Source: Mobula hypostoma
Taxonomy: Eukaryota
Reading direction: 5' to 3'
DNA length: 64,000 bases
Assembly (NCBI RefSeq): GCF_963921235.1
Contig: NC_086108.1
Location: 23,374,001-23,438,000 of the forward strand
A program made the position numbers and the translations under genes. The notes under the pieces were generated by a model that worked only from the letters and a program-made list of their open reading frames with translations, did not search any database and was not told where the DNA came from. Of this stretch, positions 12,365 through 25,309 are shown in pieces (within the stretch, counting starts at the first letter, position 1; every line of letters starts with the position of its first letter).

Positions 12365-13735
12365 CAGTGGCATGTAAAAGTTTAGGCACCCCGGTCAAAA
12401 TTTCTGTTACTGTGAATAGCTAAATGAGTAAAAGATGAACTGATTTCCAAAAGGCATAAAGTTAAAGATGACACATTTCTTTAATATTTTAAGCAAGAAA
12501 ACTTTTTATTTCCATCTTTTACAGTTTCAAAACAACAAAAAAGGAAAAGGGCCCAAAGCAAAAGTTTGGGCACCCTGCATGGTCAATACTTAGTAACACC
12601 CCCTTTGGCAAGTATTACAGCTTGTAAACACATTTTGTAGCCAGCTAAGAGTCTTTCAATTCTTGTTTGGGGGATATTCGCCCATTCTTCCTTGCAAAAG
12701 GCTTCTAGTTCTGTGAGATTCTTGGGCGGTCTTGCATGCACTGCTCTTTTGAGGTCTATCCACAGATTCTTGGTAATGTTTAGGTCAGGGGACTGTGAGG
12801 GCCATGGCAAAACCTACAGCTTGCGCCTCTTGATATAGTCCATTGTTGGATTTTGAGGTGTGTTTGGGATCATTATCCTGTTGTAGAAGCCATCCTCTAG
12901 TTCTATTTTAACTTCATCAGTCCACAGGACTTGTTTCCAAAATGCATCAGGCTTGTTTAGATGTTCCTTTGAACCTTTTGAATAGAACTTTTTGGCTGCA
13001 ACGAGCAAATGTATGTTTGGAGAAAATGGTGCAGAATTTCCTGAAAAGAACCCCTCTCCAACTGTTAAGCATGGGGGTGGATAGATCATACTTTGGGCTT
13101 GTGTTGCAGCCAGTGGCACAGGGAACATTTACTGGTAGAGGGAAGAATGAATTCAATTAAATACCAGCAAATTCTGGAAGCAAGCATCACACCGTCTGAA
13201 AAAATGTGGAAGAGGAAAAGAGGATGGCTTCTACAACAGGATAATGATCCTAAACACACTTCAAAATCCACAATGGACTAGTTCAAGAGGTGCAAGCTGA
13301 AGGTTTTGCCATGGCCCTCGCAGTCCCCTGACCTAAGCATCATCGAGAATCTGTGGATAGACCTCAAAAGAGCAGTGCATGCAAGACGGCCCAAGATTCT
13401 CACAGAACTAGAAGCCTTTTGCAAGGAAGAATGGGTGAAAATCCCCCAAACAAGAATTGAAAGACTCTTAGCTGGCTACAGAAAGCATTGCCAAAGGGGT
13501 GTAACTAAGTACTGACCATGCAGGGTGCCCAAACTTTTGCTTTGGGCCCTTTTCCGTTTTTGTTATTTTGAAACTGTAAAAGATGGAAATAAAAAAGTTT
13601 TCTTGCTTAAAATATTAAAGAAATGTGTCATCTTTAACTTTATGCTTTTTGGAAATCAGTTCATATTTTACTCACTTAGCTATTCACAGTAGCAGAAATT
13701 TTGACCAGGGGTGCCCAAACTTTTGCATGCCATTG
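12365..13735. mobile_element. Rearranged fold-back Tc1 transposon (IR/DR type) with two inverted transposase 3' ends
   Basis: TA|CAGTGGCATG...CATGCCATTG|TA. DDE motifs WTDEVKIE, QQDNDPKH and WPSQSPDL, the last on both strands. Internal direct repeat AAAAGTTT(A/G)GGCACCC. Confidence 0.93.
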
Positions 13736-15024
13736 TAAAGCTTTTGGTCCCCAGTAAGTGAATATGACTGGAATAAAAGGCTAAAGTATATCAGTGGAGA
13801 GGGTCAAAAGACCAAATAAAATGCATTTGACCAAGGCTGGTGTATGATTGACCACTGAGTGAGCATTATGGATGTTTGCTCTCTTCAGTTTGTGCATGCT
13901 CCTTTTGATGTACAGTCAAGTTTCAGAGTCAATAAAATTTGGGTTGAAATCTCAGTCTACGTCTAGACCTCTCTTTTTCCTTCAGTCTAGGTGAATAAAG
14001 AAGATTCCATTTGGAAATAGCCTATTTGCACAGTCCACGTCCCATGGGAACAGAGAAGCACAAGTCAAAGTTACTCATTAGTCCGCTAATTTTGGATTTT
14101 TTGAAACATATGCATATATGATAGATTTTCTTCCTTGATATCATAATGCTCTGTGAACATGCTCAATCATATCCTATTAATCTATTCAGACTCATAACCC
14201 TGGCTTCTCCATTTAAAAGCCATATTTCATCAAATGAATTGAAGTAATGTGTCCATTATTGCCCTTTAAAAAATGTCTGTGATGCTGAAATACCATTGCA
14301 TCAGCAACTCAGAACGCTCACGTAATATACTATGTTCTTCTATTTATAACACTATGAGTGATCAAATGTTATACATAATATTCAAACAAGCTTCTCTTCA
14401 GTGGAGGCAAAATTTCTATTATTCATGTGATGGAGATGGAACCCACTGAAATTTCAGAAAAGTTTGAAGTATTTGCTACAACAGAGAGTTTCACTGAGCA
14501 GTGGGCATGATGCATATATTTCTAAATGCTTTATTCCAGCCAGGGTGAGCTAGCTAACTTCTTTATGCATTCATGATAAAGAGGTTTTCTGATAGTGTTT
14601 TACTTCTTAAGTGAAGGAGCAAAAAGGACTGGGACATTTATTCCCGATCTGCTCATATTTTTATGAAGCAAAACAGTTGTCATACTTCTAATAACCATGT
14701 GGCTTGGTAACTATTGTGAAGCCCTCAGTAATTATGATTGCAAAGGCTAAGCAAATATATTAGAGTCCATGGGATTTGGAACTGTATCGAGTGGTTCTAA
14801 AATTGGCCTTCAATCAGCAAAGTTTTCGCAGGATGGGACTGGGAGGGGCAGAACAGAAAAATGGACGACAGCCCATTTTATTTTCTACTTGGTTTTTGTT
14901 TACATCAAAATCAAATTTTGGCCACTTTGCAAAATCATACAACATGAATTTCCTTGCCTGTAAAGCTGCTCACTTATGTTGTTTTTAACTCATTTGTAAT
15001 AATGAACATTGTCTGACCCTTCAG

Positions 15025-15177
15025 GTTTGTCAGACAGAACTTCTGGATGAGACTGCTGGACTGTCCCAGTATGCCTGGTTTCCATGTACTGCTCCCTTTT
15101 ACACAGATAATACCCAAGACTTCAACAAACCTTATTCCTACCACAATTCAGATGATGATGAAAACATCTGGCTTAAG
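15025..15177 (+). CDS. PAPPA2: Pappalysin-2-like internal exon 3 of 7 (absent from ORF track)
   Basis: cccttcag|GTT...AAG|gtaaag. VCQTELLDETAGLSQYAWFPCTAPFYTDNTQDFNKPYSYHNSDDDENIWLK. 153 bp, phase 0 to 0. Confidence 0.92.
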
Positions 15178-16700
15178 GTAAAGTCCGACATTCTTCATGC
15201 TGGATGCTGCTTCATAGATGAAATACTTGTATTCAGTAATTTTGTTTTTGAGGAAATGTGGAATACCATCCTCATTTTAATTATGTACCTGCAGGAGCAT
15301 GAAATACCACATCACACGTTTGTTTCCTGTATCTTACATAATCGACTATTCCATAAAATATAGTTGTATATTCAATATTCAATATAATTTGCATCTTATT
15401 TCTAAACATGTTCAGGTATATTTGATCTCACCCCAATTATTCTGTTGAGTACCCTGTGGTTTATTCTGTATTCAGCAATATGATTAGTTCTCCCAATTGA
15501 GTGCATTGTGCTGGGCATTGATCTTCCTATACTATATAGTTCTTACCATTCCATCTTCTGTACTAGACAATATATTGGATCCATGTGGCTTTACCATTCA
15601 ATGAAGCCTACACTATACAATATATTGAACAGCCAAAGCATCCTCCATTATAGAGAAACAGCAATATACACTGTGTACTGAACCACCATGAGTTCTCCAT
15701 TGAGTGTATCCTGCAGTCGTATACTTGTACATACTGCAAAGTATCCTTCTTTGAGCAATATTAAATCATTGCTTTAATATTAAATTCTTTACCCTGCACT
15801 GTTCATGTGTTGACCAACACAGTCTATTCTGCAATAAGTCCTACAGTGAAAAAAAAAATCTTTTCTGCTGTTTATATACACAACAGTCATAATCTTTGGG
15901 AGATTGGATCCAGGGAGCTTAGACCAAAAACCTAGCAAATACGATATAGCCTCGGTATCGTAAGCTCAGTCACTTTCAACACCCAGGAAATAATTAAACT
16001 ATGTTATTTTAATCGATTGGGAGGCGTTGATGTTTAAAGAGACCCAGTTACTTTGTATGCTTGTCACTGGAACCAAATATGTAGGTGCTGTAGCAGTTAC
16101 AAAGCAAATGGTAATATTGGTTTTCATAGCAAGTGGGGTTGGGTGCAATAGCAAAGAAATCCTGCTCTAATTATTCAGGGCTTTGGTGAGATCTGATTTG
16201 GGGTACTGTGTGACAGCACTAAACAGACTGGATGCAAAGTAGTGCATCTAGAATGAGGGTTTGCAGTCTTGAGATTCAGTTTCAGCCATTTAAGACTAGG
16301 ATGAGGAGTTTGTGGAATTCACTACCTCAGAGTTGTAGAGGCTTGAGCATTGAATATAACATTTTAAACAAGGAGTATGGAAAGAGGGAAGGAATGTGGT
16401 ATTGAGACAGAGGATGAACTCCAATAATATTGAACAGTGGAACACACTTAAAGGGACAAATAGTTTCTGTGCTTCCATTGTTTTCTCGATGTAGATTTAT
16501 TGGAGTTTTCCAAATATAAGTATATATAATACTGTTTAAAGATTATCCCCAGAACGTTTATTGTTTACAGTAGATTTCTATCATGTATATATGTTTAAAT
16601 GTTAACCTTCACAGGCTTCTTTGTTATTTTCTTAAATGGCTGAAAAAATACTGTTGATATTTCAAATGCCAAACTCTCCATGTTTCTCTTTAAAACTCAG

Positions 16701-16836
16701 GTCTTCTTTGATCACCCCGGTGTGGCCAGGTCAATTCTACTTTACCTCTCTGCAGATGGAACAACATTCCTTGATCAACAGCGTAAAGTGATTAAAGTCC
16801 AGCTCACTGACACCAATGGACGCAACCACAGTCTGG
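16701..16836 (+). CDS. PAPPA2: Pappalysin-2-like internal exon 4 of 7
   Basis: aactcag|GTC...CTGG|gtatgt. VFFDHPGVARSILLYLSADGTTFLDQQRKVIKVQLTDTNGRNHSL(G). 136 bp, phase 0 to 1. Confidence 0.93.
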
Positions 16837-17099
16837 GTATGTGTGTTCTACCCAGCCACTTTACACTTCTACTACCTTGGATTTTATCGCTATCCTAATC
16901 GTGAATTCTTCTTTCAACTTCCTTAATTTAAAAATATCTGTGCCTTTAAACCTAAATGAAAATGAAGCAGTAACAAGACAAAAGAGATAGGCTTACACAA
17001 GTTCAAGGAAAGGTGGAAACCTAGCAGACTGGAAGGATTAGGAAAATGAGGTTGCTTTGGTATCTGAAAAATGTTATAAAAATTTTACCAACTTTGCCT

Positions 17100-18325
17100 C
17101 TAACTTCCTCCCTTAAATTCACTTGGTCCATCTCTGGAGACAAACTGTCAACCGATATCTTTTATAAACCTACTGATTCGCACAGTTATCTTGACTATAC
17201 CTCTTCCCACCTCATCTCCAGTAAAAATGCCTACTTTTCTCAGATTCTTCGCCTCTGCTGCATCCGTTCCCAGCACGTAGCTTTCCATTCCAGAACATCC
17301 AAGGTGTCCTCCTTCTTTAAAGTATGAGGTTTCCCTCTACCCCATCTTCCCACTGTCTTAACAGTGATAAAATTCCTCTTGTCTTTACCTACCACCCCAT
17401 CAATCTTCACATCCAACACATTATCCTTCACAACTCCCACTGTCTCCAAAAGGACCCTACCACTAAACGTAATTTTACCTCTCCTCAACTCCCTTTCCAC
17501 TTTCCACAGGGATTGCTCCCTCCATGAATCCCTTGTCCATTCATCCCTTCCCACTAATCTCTTCACGACGCTTATTCCTGCAGGCGGCTCAGGTGCTAGA
17601 CCTGCCCATACACCTTCTCCCTCACCTCCATTCAGGGCCCCAAACAGTCCTTCCAAGTAATGCAACACTTCATCTGCAAATCTGCTGGGATCGTCTATTG
17701 TGTCTGGCGCTCCCGATGCAGCCTCCTCTACATTGGTGAGACCTTTCGTAAATTTGGGGACTGCTTCGTTGAGCACCTCCACACCATCGGCCATAAGCGG
17801 GACTTCCCAGTGCTCAAAGATCTTAATTCCCATTCCCATTCCAACGTGTCAGTCCATGGCCTCCTCTTGTGGCAAGATGAGTCCACCCTCTGGGTGCAGG
17901 AGCAACACCTTATGTTCCATCTGGGTAGCCTCCAACCTGATGGCATGAATATCAATTTCTCTATCTGGTAGAGAAATTAGCCCTCCTCTTTCTACCCCAC
18001 CTGCCTATCACCTCCCTCTGGGTCCTCTCCTCTTTCCCTTTTTCCTATAGTCCACGCTCCCTCTTATTGGATTCCTTTTTCTCCAATCCTTGAATTTTCC
18101 CACTTAGCTGGTTTCACCTATCACCTCCCAGCAAGCCTCCTTCCCATCCCCCCTCCCCCACATTTTATTCTGGTCTCTTCCCCCTTCCTTCTCAAGAAGA
18201 AGCACCTCAGCCCAAAATATCAACTATTTATTCATCTCCATAGATGCTGCCTGAGCTGCTGAGTTCCTCCAGCATTTTGTGTGTGTTGCTCTGGATGTCC
18301 AGCATTTGCAGACTTTCTTGTGTTA
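17100..18325 (+). mobile_element. Penelope-like element 3' part (RT thumb, GIY-YIG endonuclease, tail)
   Basis: LSTDIFYKPTDSHSYLDYTSSH and GIVYCVWRSRCSLLYIGETFRKFGDCFVEHL, then a C/T-rich 3' region and a conserved gatgctgcctga tail. Confidence 0.88.
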
Positions 18326-21074
18326 TAGGAAGTTCAAATAGGGAATGTGGAAAGAATACCTTGTAAATGAAATCAAAGCTAACATTAAAAGTTTACATAA
18401 ATATGTTATGAGAATGGGAATGGCTCGGGACTATAAGGACATTAAAGATAGGTGAATGTAAGAGTATAAGAAAATGGATGAATTCTGTATCCATTTTGAT
18501 TGCAGAGGGAAAAGACAGTTAGTATTGATTTAAGGCATGTTCCAAATATGTTCCAAGATTTGCTAAATAACCTAGCTCTAGAGAAAGGGATATGACTGAC
18601 CCCTAGAATCTCAAGGATTGCATCTGCTATTGTATTAAGTAGGTAAAGTGGTGGTGATAATTATTTAAAAAATAAATCTTTCAAATCTGAAGGTCTAGAT
18701 TTTAAGAGGGAGTGGAGACTGAAATGAGGAAATCAAGTTAGTTTAACACCTGCCATTGGAAAGCTCCTGGAATTAATTTCAGTTACCTCTCCCAAAACGA
18801 TATCCTCACCATTGAGGCTCCAGTAACCTTCATTTGGTTCTTTTGGGCAAGCCACACATTTTGCATGCTGCATCGGGTTCTCAAATCAGACTCTCTATTC
18901 TGAATTTTGTCAAATGAATTATTGTCAGGTGGACAGAGAAATATATACAGAGAATGTGCTCAAACTTTCCTTAAAGTAATACAGCATTGCCGTTGACTGT
19001 AGGAATCTCCTTTTCCCACTCCCTGAAAATCACTTGAAGTAGAGAAGAAACTTTGGGATGTTAATGAGAACCTCTACAGTACTACTGAACCCTGTGTAAC
19101 TGACAGAAGCAGTACACCACCTCAAAAGCCAGCCATCTGTCTGCCCCATCACAAACTTCTACCTATCTGCACATGAGTCTGCTGTTCCCAATTGGCCTCA
19201 TTAGGAATAAACAAAAGAGGAAGTACATTAGGTCATCCTTGATCCCGACAGAAGGAAGAAGAAGTAATGTTGAAGAAACAATCCAATCTGTATTACTGCA
19301 GCTTGAACATACACCTTGGTGAAAGTGTTATTCTAGTTTTGTGAAGGAAAGGGGATGTCAGGCAAACCATGGAGTTAATTTGCATGTTAGATATTCTTTA
19401 TGTATTTAATAAGGTTCTGACAGGAGACATAACAAAATATGAGTGCATATTGAATTGGACTTAATCTTCTGGCACTCTTTATAAGGAAAAAATTAGGCTG
19501 TGGGAAAAGAGAGCTGTTGTGTATTTAAGATTTAAGTAATATTTCAGTAACCTTGTGTGTGTGTATATATATATGTTGATTAAACATTCTTGTTCATTTA
19601 AATAATTCATTATGAGTTGTATGTACAAATATGTGAATTGTATCTCATGATGCTACCACATGATACATGCACACCTTACTTAAAGTAAACTTGAAGTCAG
19701 ACTCGTATATCGGACTCTATTTCTTCCTGTGAGCTACTTTAATGTTTTGAAGTTACAAAACATAACAGCTGCACTTCATCTCATTAATGTGGAAGGACAA
19801 ATAACATCTCCCAGTTTCTCACAATGTATAGAAATTATTTGGGTGAAGGAATCTAGGTTTTCTGATGAAACTAAACCAGGAGACAGTGTAACTTATGTTA
19901 ACTGGAGAAATCACATAGGGGCTTTTAATGTGAGTGGGAAGAATGAAATAATCCATTTTGAATTCAAGGAATATTTATTTAAAGGCAAGAGGTGGGGACA
20001 GGATAACTGAATCATTCTGTAGAATTATACTCTGATTTCAGTATTAATGACAAATCTGAATGTCATCAGTGTTTCTAATTCTAACAGATAATAAAGAAGA
20101 CACATTTCTAGCAGTTCAATTGCACAACCAAGTTTTCTCTTGATTGGGTTCTTCCTGGTAGAAGTCACCTTTGCAAGCTTGATGCAATTTTCTATATTAT
20201 TTTATTAAAATCCCTTTTTATCTAAGACATCTCTTACAATTCAAGTTTTTTGACTATGCATATATGTGATCCTCCTTTCTTTAGCCCTCTACTTTAAAAC
20301 TGTTTATTTGTACCTTTTAAATTTGTTAGCTCTAATTCTTTTCCAGTTCTGGTGAAAAGTTTGCTGGATCAAATGCAGGAAATTCCAGATTTACTGATGG
20401 ACTTGGAAGGTTGAATCAGTCAGTTTGTTCCATTTCTGGGGTCAACATGGATTTCATTGATGAAATCCTTGGTTTTATTAAGGTTTCCCAACACATTGTT
20501 GAGCAATCACATCTTGGGTCCTGCATCAACTCCAACAGCATCTTCCAAACACATATCTACCATCAATAGGGCATCAGGGGCACGGAAACGGCACCTCCAT
20601 GTTCCTCTCCAAGTTACACACCATTCTGAATTAGAAACATACAGTACAACTGCTCCTTCATAGTCATTGGGTCTAAAATTCTGGAGCTTCCTCTCCAGCT
20701 GTGTTGTGAGTGTAGCTTCAGCAGAAGGAGTGCAGTGGCTTAAGAAGTGGTCTCACCTTCTCAGGGACAATGAGGGGTAGGTAATAAACGCTGGTCTTTC
20801 CTATGATGACCAGACCTTGAAATATGGACAAAAACAAAAATCTGACTGGCAAGGATCTGCAGTGCCACAGATTTCAATGGGCTTGATCAGGGGCAAATTT
20901 CCCTTTTAAAATCCTTTTGTATATTTTTATACTTCCAAATATTTACAATTTGTTGATTTTTTTTTTAGTTAACTTAAGAATATACTTTTTTCAATTTTAA
21001 CTATGTTTAAATGTCTCTGAATTTAAGAAGCAGAGCTGTTTTGGTCGGATCTCTCCATTTGGCCAGTTCATTGG

Positions 21075-21250
21075 CTATATTTAAGAGGGAGTTAGATAAG
21101 GCCCTTGTGGCTAAAGGGATCGGGGCTATGGAGAGGAGACAGGTATAGGGTTCTGAGTTGGATGATCAGCTATGATCGTAATGAATGACGGTGCAGACTC
21201 GAAGGGCCGAAAGGCCTACTCCTGCACCTATTTTCTTTGTTTCTATGTTT
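21075..21250 (+). mobile_element. CR1 3' UTR fragment
   Basis: gatcagctatgatc...gactcgaagggccgaaaggcctactcctgc...ttctatgtt tail. Confidence 0.75.
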
Positions 21251-21866
21251 AACGTGGGGTCTTGTCTCTGCTCAGCATAAATCCAGCATAAACTCATGGA
21301 CCATTTCGGGAACTCAACAGTCTGATGTTTAATATTCTGTGTGTTACTTGCTCGCTTTTTGCTGTTTGTGCGATTTGTTCTTTTTTATGCTTTGGATATT
21401 TGATGTTTTCTTTAAATGGGTTCCATGGTGTCTCTTTTTTGCTGCCTGTGGGAGAACAAATCTCAAAGTTGTATACTGTATACCTACTTTGATAATAAAT
21501 GTTCCTCAAAACTTTAAAAAAACTTAGAATTGCTGGACAGCTGCTTGAGGCTGCATCTGGTCCTATGGCAGACACAAAGATGTTTATGCAGCTATGGTGC
21601 CTGAACTTCTGAGTGTTACTGCAACACTTTATTTTGGTTTTTACATTATTTCTAGTTGTGTCATTATCATTTAAATGCTGTTTTTAGATGATTTTCGATT
21701 GGGTCATAGCACAATCTAAATCCTGTTGCTTGAATGGGATACACAACCAAGCTGCCACTGTCCAGGTGTTGATTATGTAGGATATGATAACACCATATCA
21801 CTGTTTAAATGCACTTTACAGAAAGATCGAAGGGTTTGTTACTGCCTCTGAATGCTGCATAATATA

Positions 21867-22403
21867 CAGGTAATGGCCACTTTATTTGGCCCAGGAGTGG
21901 GATGAGGAGTGGCCTTCTGCAGTTGTGGCCCACCCACTTGAAGGCTTAATGTGTTGTGAGTTCAGAGATGCCTTTCTGCACACCACTGATGTAACACATG
22001 TTTAGTTGAATTTCTATCACCTTCCTATCAGCTTGAACCAGTCTGGCCGTTCTCCTCTGACCGCTCTCATTAACAAAGCATTTTCACTCACTGAACTGCT
22101 GCTCACTGGATGCTTTTTGTTTTTGCGCTATTCTCTGTAAACTCTAGAGACTGTTGTGTGTGAAAATCCCAGGAGATCATCAGTTTCTGAGAAATTCAAA
22201 TTACCATGCTTAGCACTAACAATCATTCCATAGTCAAAGTCACTTCGATCGCATTTCTTCCTCATTCTGATATTTGGTCTGAACAGCAGCTGAACCTCTT
22301 GACCATATCTGCATGCTTTTATGCATTGAATTGCTGCACATGATTGTCTAATTAGATATTTGCATTAATGAGCAAGTGTAGCTAATAAAGTGCCCACTGA
22401 ATG
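21867..22403 (-). mobile_element. Internally deleted Tc1 element carrying a transposase N-terminus
   Basis: TA flanks and TIR-like ends (ggccactttatt / aataaagtgcccactg). Reverse complement encodes decayed KKCD.SDFDYGMIV...ISETDDLLGFSHTTVSRVYRE (paired-like HTH). Confidence 0.8.
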
Positions 22404-23539
22404 TATATCAGCTGCTTCAAAAGGATCAAGGTTTAAGTATAATTATTCATATTTTATAAATATCATGATCTGCTTGGATAGCTGTCTATGAATTGATGCA
22501 ATCCAATGATATCAGTGTTTAAAAGTCATGTATTGATAATAGTGTACATGGTGTCACTGAACAGAAGGTCTGCTTTATCTGACCAGTGTGCAGATTACCA
22601 TGTGGGCAGGAAAATGTTTCATGCCTACGTTTGCATGTTTAAGTGGAATATATCGGTGATGTGGTACTGACATTATTGTTGTTATTATGAATGCCCTCGG
22701 TACAGTTCTGTGTAATTATGACTTCAATCTAAATTAAGCAGGTTAACATGGTATAGTGTTTAAATCATTCCTCAGTATTACAATTGTTTGCGATTAGTAT
22801 TCATCTTTATTTCTGAGAATGATATTACTGTTGTTATGGTAGTTCATGGATGATATACAGTAGTATTGGTATGGGCTGCTGATAGACTACCATAAATGGT
22901 CTTTGGCCAAAACAAAGGTTTTGGTGAATTTCGCAAAAAATATTGTATATTATCAAGGAATGGGCATTTAATTGAATGGAAGTGCAAATGAAAAAGAAAC
23001 ATTCTTCTGATATTAGTGATACTATACAATGTAGCCAAAGGTAATTGGGAATAAGTGTCAGGAAAGCCACATTGCTATTATTTAAATATAATTCTTACAG
23101 TGACTTAGAATGAATTTGGACTGTCAATTTTGATTAAATACAGCCCTATTGTTTCAGGATTTAATTATGTATGTCTGATGCAGTGACATAGTATTAATGG
23201 TTAAATACTTGAGGCACTGCTGAAACCTCAAATCAACTTTTCCATTTGTTGCTGTTGAAACTGTTCTCAGCACTGTGAGGGACATCTCTTATGGCCACTC
23301 TCAGCTCCAGCACCACCTCCATCTCACCTCTCCTCCCCACCCCTCGCCCACCTGCCTCCCAATCTCCACCTAGCTACCATGAAAATGGAGTTTTTGTCAA
23401 TCTGGCCAGGAGCGGCCACTCTACGAGATTGGGTGCTGGACCATCTAAAGTCTTCAGGTCAGGGGCAAGGAACTCCCGTAGAGGCGCAATGAACATATTC
23501 TCTGAATCTGGAACAGTGAGGGTTTTAATAAGTGGCTCA

Positions 23540-23790
23540 AGGAATACCATCTTTGCAGCTATCTTTATGAAGGGAGGCAAATGAGTGTGCGGAAATTATC
23601 AGACTTTTACTTTGCTTTCCACTGCAAGGAAAAGTTGGCTCCATACTTTCTGACTGTCTCCTTTCTGTTGTCAAGAGATGCCGTGGGAATGGTATAGATT
23701 TGGGTCATTTTACTAGACAAGCAATATGATGATAATTGTCTGGCAAATTCAAATAATGCATTTGTTAGTACTCTTTATTTCGGAGTGCTG
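23540..23790 (+). mobile_element. Degenerate RTE-clade RT fragment
   Basis: IFMKGGK.VCGNYQTFTLLSTARK resembles the RTE motif KKGD..DCGNYRGISLLSTAGK. Confidence 0.5.
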
Positions 23791-23795
23791 TAATG

Positions 23796-24557
23796 CAGCG
23801 GTCCCCAACCACTGGGCCGCAAATCATGTGCTACCAGGGCATGGGGAAACGATATGAGTCAGCTGCACCATTCCTCATTCCCTGTCACGCACTGTTGAAC
23901 TTGAATATAGGGTTGCCAACTGTCCCGTATTTGCCAGGACATCCCGTATATTGGGCTAAATTGATTTCTCCCACACAGGACCGCCTTTGTCCCGTAACTT
24001 CCCCGCTGAGGTAGAGCATTCCTATGAAACCTTTCGTGCCGAACTGGCATACAGCGAAAAAGCAATTACAATTAATTTACATGGGAAAATTTTTTGAGCG
24101 TTCCCAGACCCAAAAAATAACCTACCAAATCATTCCAAATAACACATAAAACCTAAAATAACACTAACATATAGTAAAAGCAGGAATGATATGATAAATA
24201 CACAGCTTATATAAAGCAGAAATAATGTATGTAAAGTGTAGTTGGGAAGATTAAGTCAAAACCGATTTGTAGAAAAAAATCGGCACATACACGCATGCGC
24301 ACACAGGTGCCTGCGCAAGGCTTCATGGTGATGGTAGTCTTTCTCATGGTAAACACTGTCCCATATTTGACTGCTACTTTTGTCCCTTATTTGGGAGTGA
24401 GAAAGTTGGCAACCCTAACTGTAAAAGACATGTTGAGATGAGTTTAACCCTACTTGAACACCCCCCCGCCCCGCCTCCCCCCACTGGGTCGGCCGGTCCA
24501 CAAGAATATTGTCAATGTTAAACCGGTCCGCGGTGCAAAAAAGGTTGGGGACTCCTG
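23796..24557. mobile_element. Composite hAT (Charlie-like) MITE
   Basis: Perfect 8-bp TSD CTGTAATG (23788-95, 24558-65). TIRs CAGCGGTCCCCAACC / GGTTGGGGACTCCTG. Inner TIR pair TAGGGTTGCCAAC / GTTGGCAACCCTA. Confidence 0.9.
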
Positions 24558-24939
24558 CTGTAATGTGACAATCCGGATTCCATGACTGCAGTAGAATTTG
24601 TTCTCCAGACTTTGTATTTCAGGGTCTTAAACTTCCTCCCTTTAAAATAATTGACTCCGAATTTCTGTATTCAACTTCAGCAGGTTCAGAGATAGACTTA
24701 CAATTTTAGTAGGTAATTCAAGAATAAAGTAAATCAATGGGCTTATGTCATATTTAAGGCACACATTTCAGGTAGCAAGCCAAGTCCAACATCATCCACA
24801 TTTATTCAAGTCTTGTCAGTTTCAGTTTCCATCTTTGTATATCATTATTCTAACTGTGCTTATCCAGAGTCATATTATAAGAAGGGCCCCCATTCTGCAA
24901 AGTGTGACACCAGTACGTACCACGTCATTGTCACAATCA

Positions 24940-25230
24940 GAGTTTGAGTGTGCAGAGGTGCAATGTGAAGCTAACTTGCAGCAGCATCACTAGCACATAG
25001 CTTCAGAGAAGCAGAGTTAAAGAAAACCTTAAATATACATTTTACATCATTTTTGAAGGAAGAACACAACTAGAAGGAAAAAAATGTCCATTTTAGTACA
25101 AAAGTGTTGTTATACTGTACTGATAAGAGTTGTGCCCGTTGGTTCAAGAACTGAATGGCTGAAGGCAAGTAGCTGTTCTTGAACCTGGTGGTGTGTGACT
25201 TCAGACTTCTGTACCTCTTTATACCTCTGA
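24940..25230 (-). mobile_element. Rex1/Babar-like LINE 3' fragment
   Basis: RYRSLKSHTTRFKNSYLPSAIQFLN on the minus strand. Confidence 0.7.
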
Positions 25231-25309
25231 TCAGGGAACAACAAGAAAAATCTGGAACCTTCCATGTTGCTCCCTCCCCCGCCACTGTTATTGGATGATT
25301 AACCAGTAG

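Noticed and set aside
18190..18228. Further hammerheads in older Penelope tails (also about 47820-47858, 48145-48185, 58415-58450)
   Set aside because: They are in the homologous position, but the CUGANGA/GAAA core is too mutated to call a ribozyme.
23291..23584. Ser/Pro-rich 97-aa ORF
   Set aside because: It is low-complexity C-rich sequence running into a decayed RTE fragment, with no fit to the pappalysin protein.
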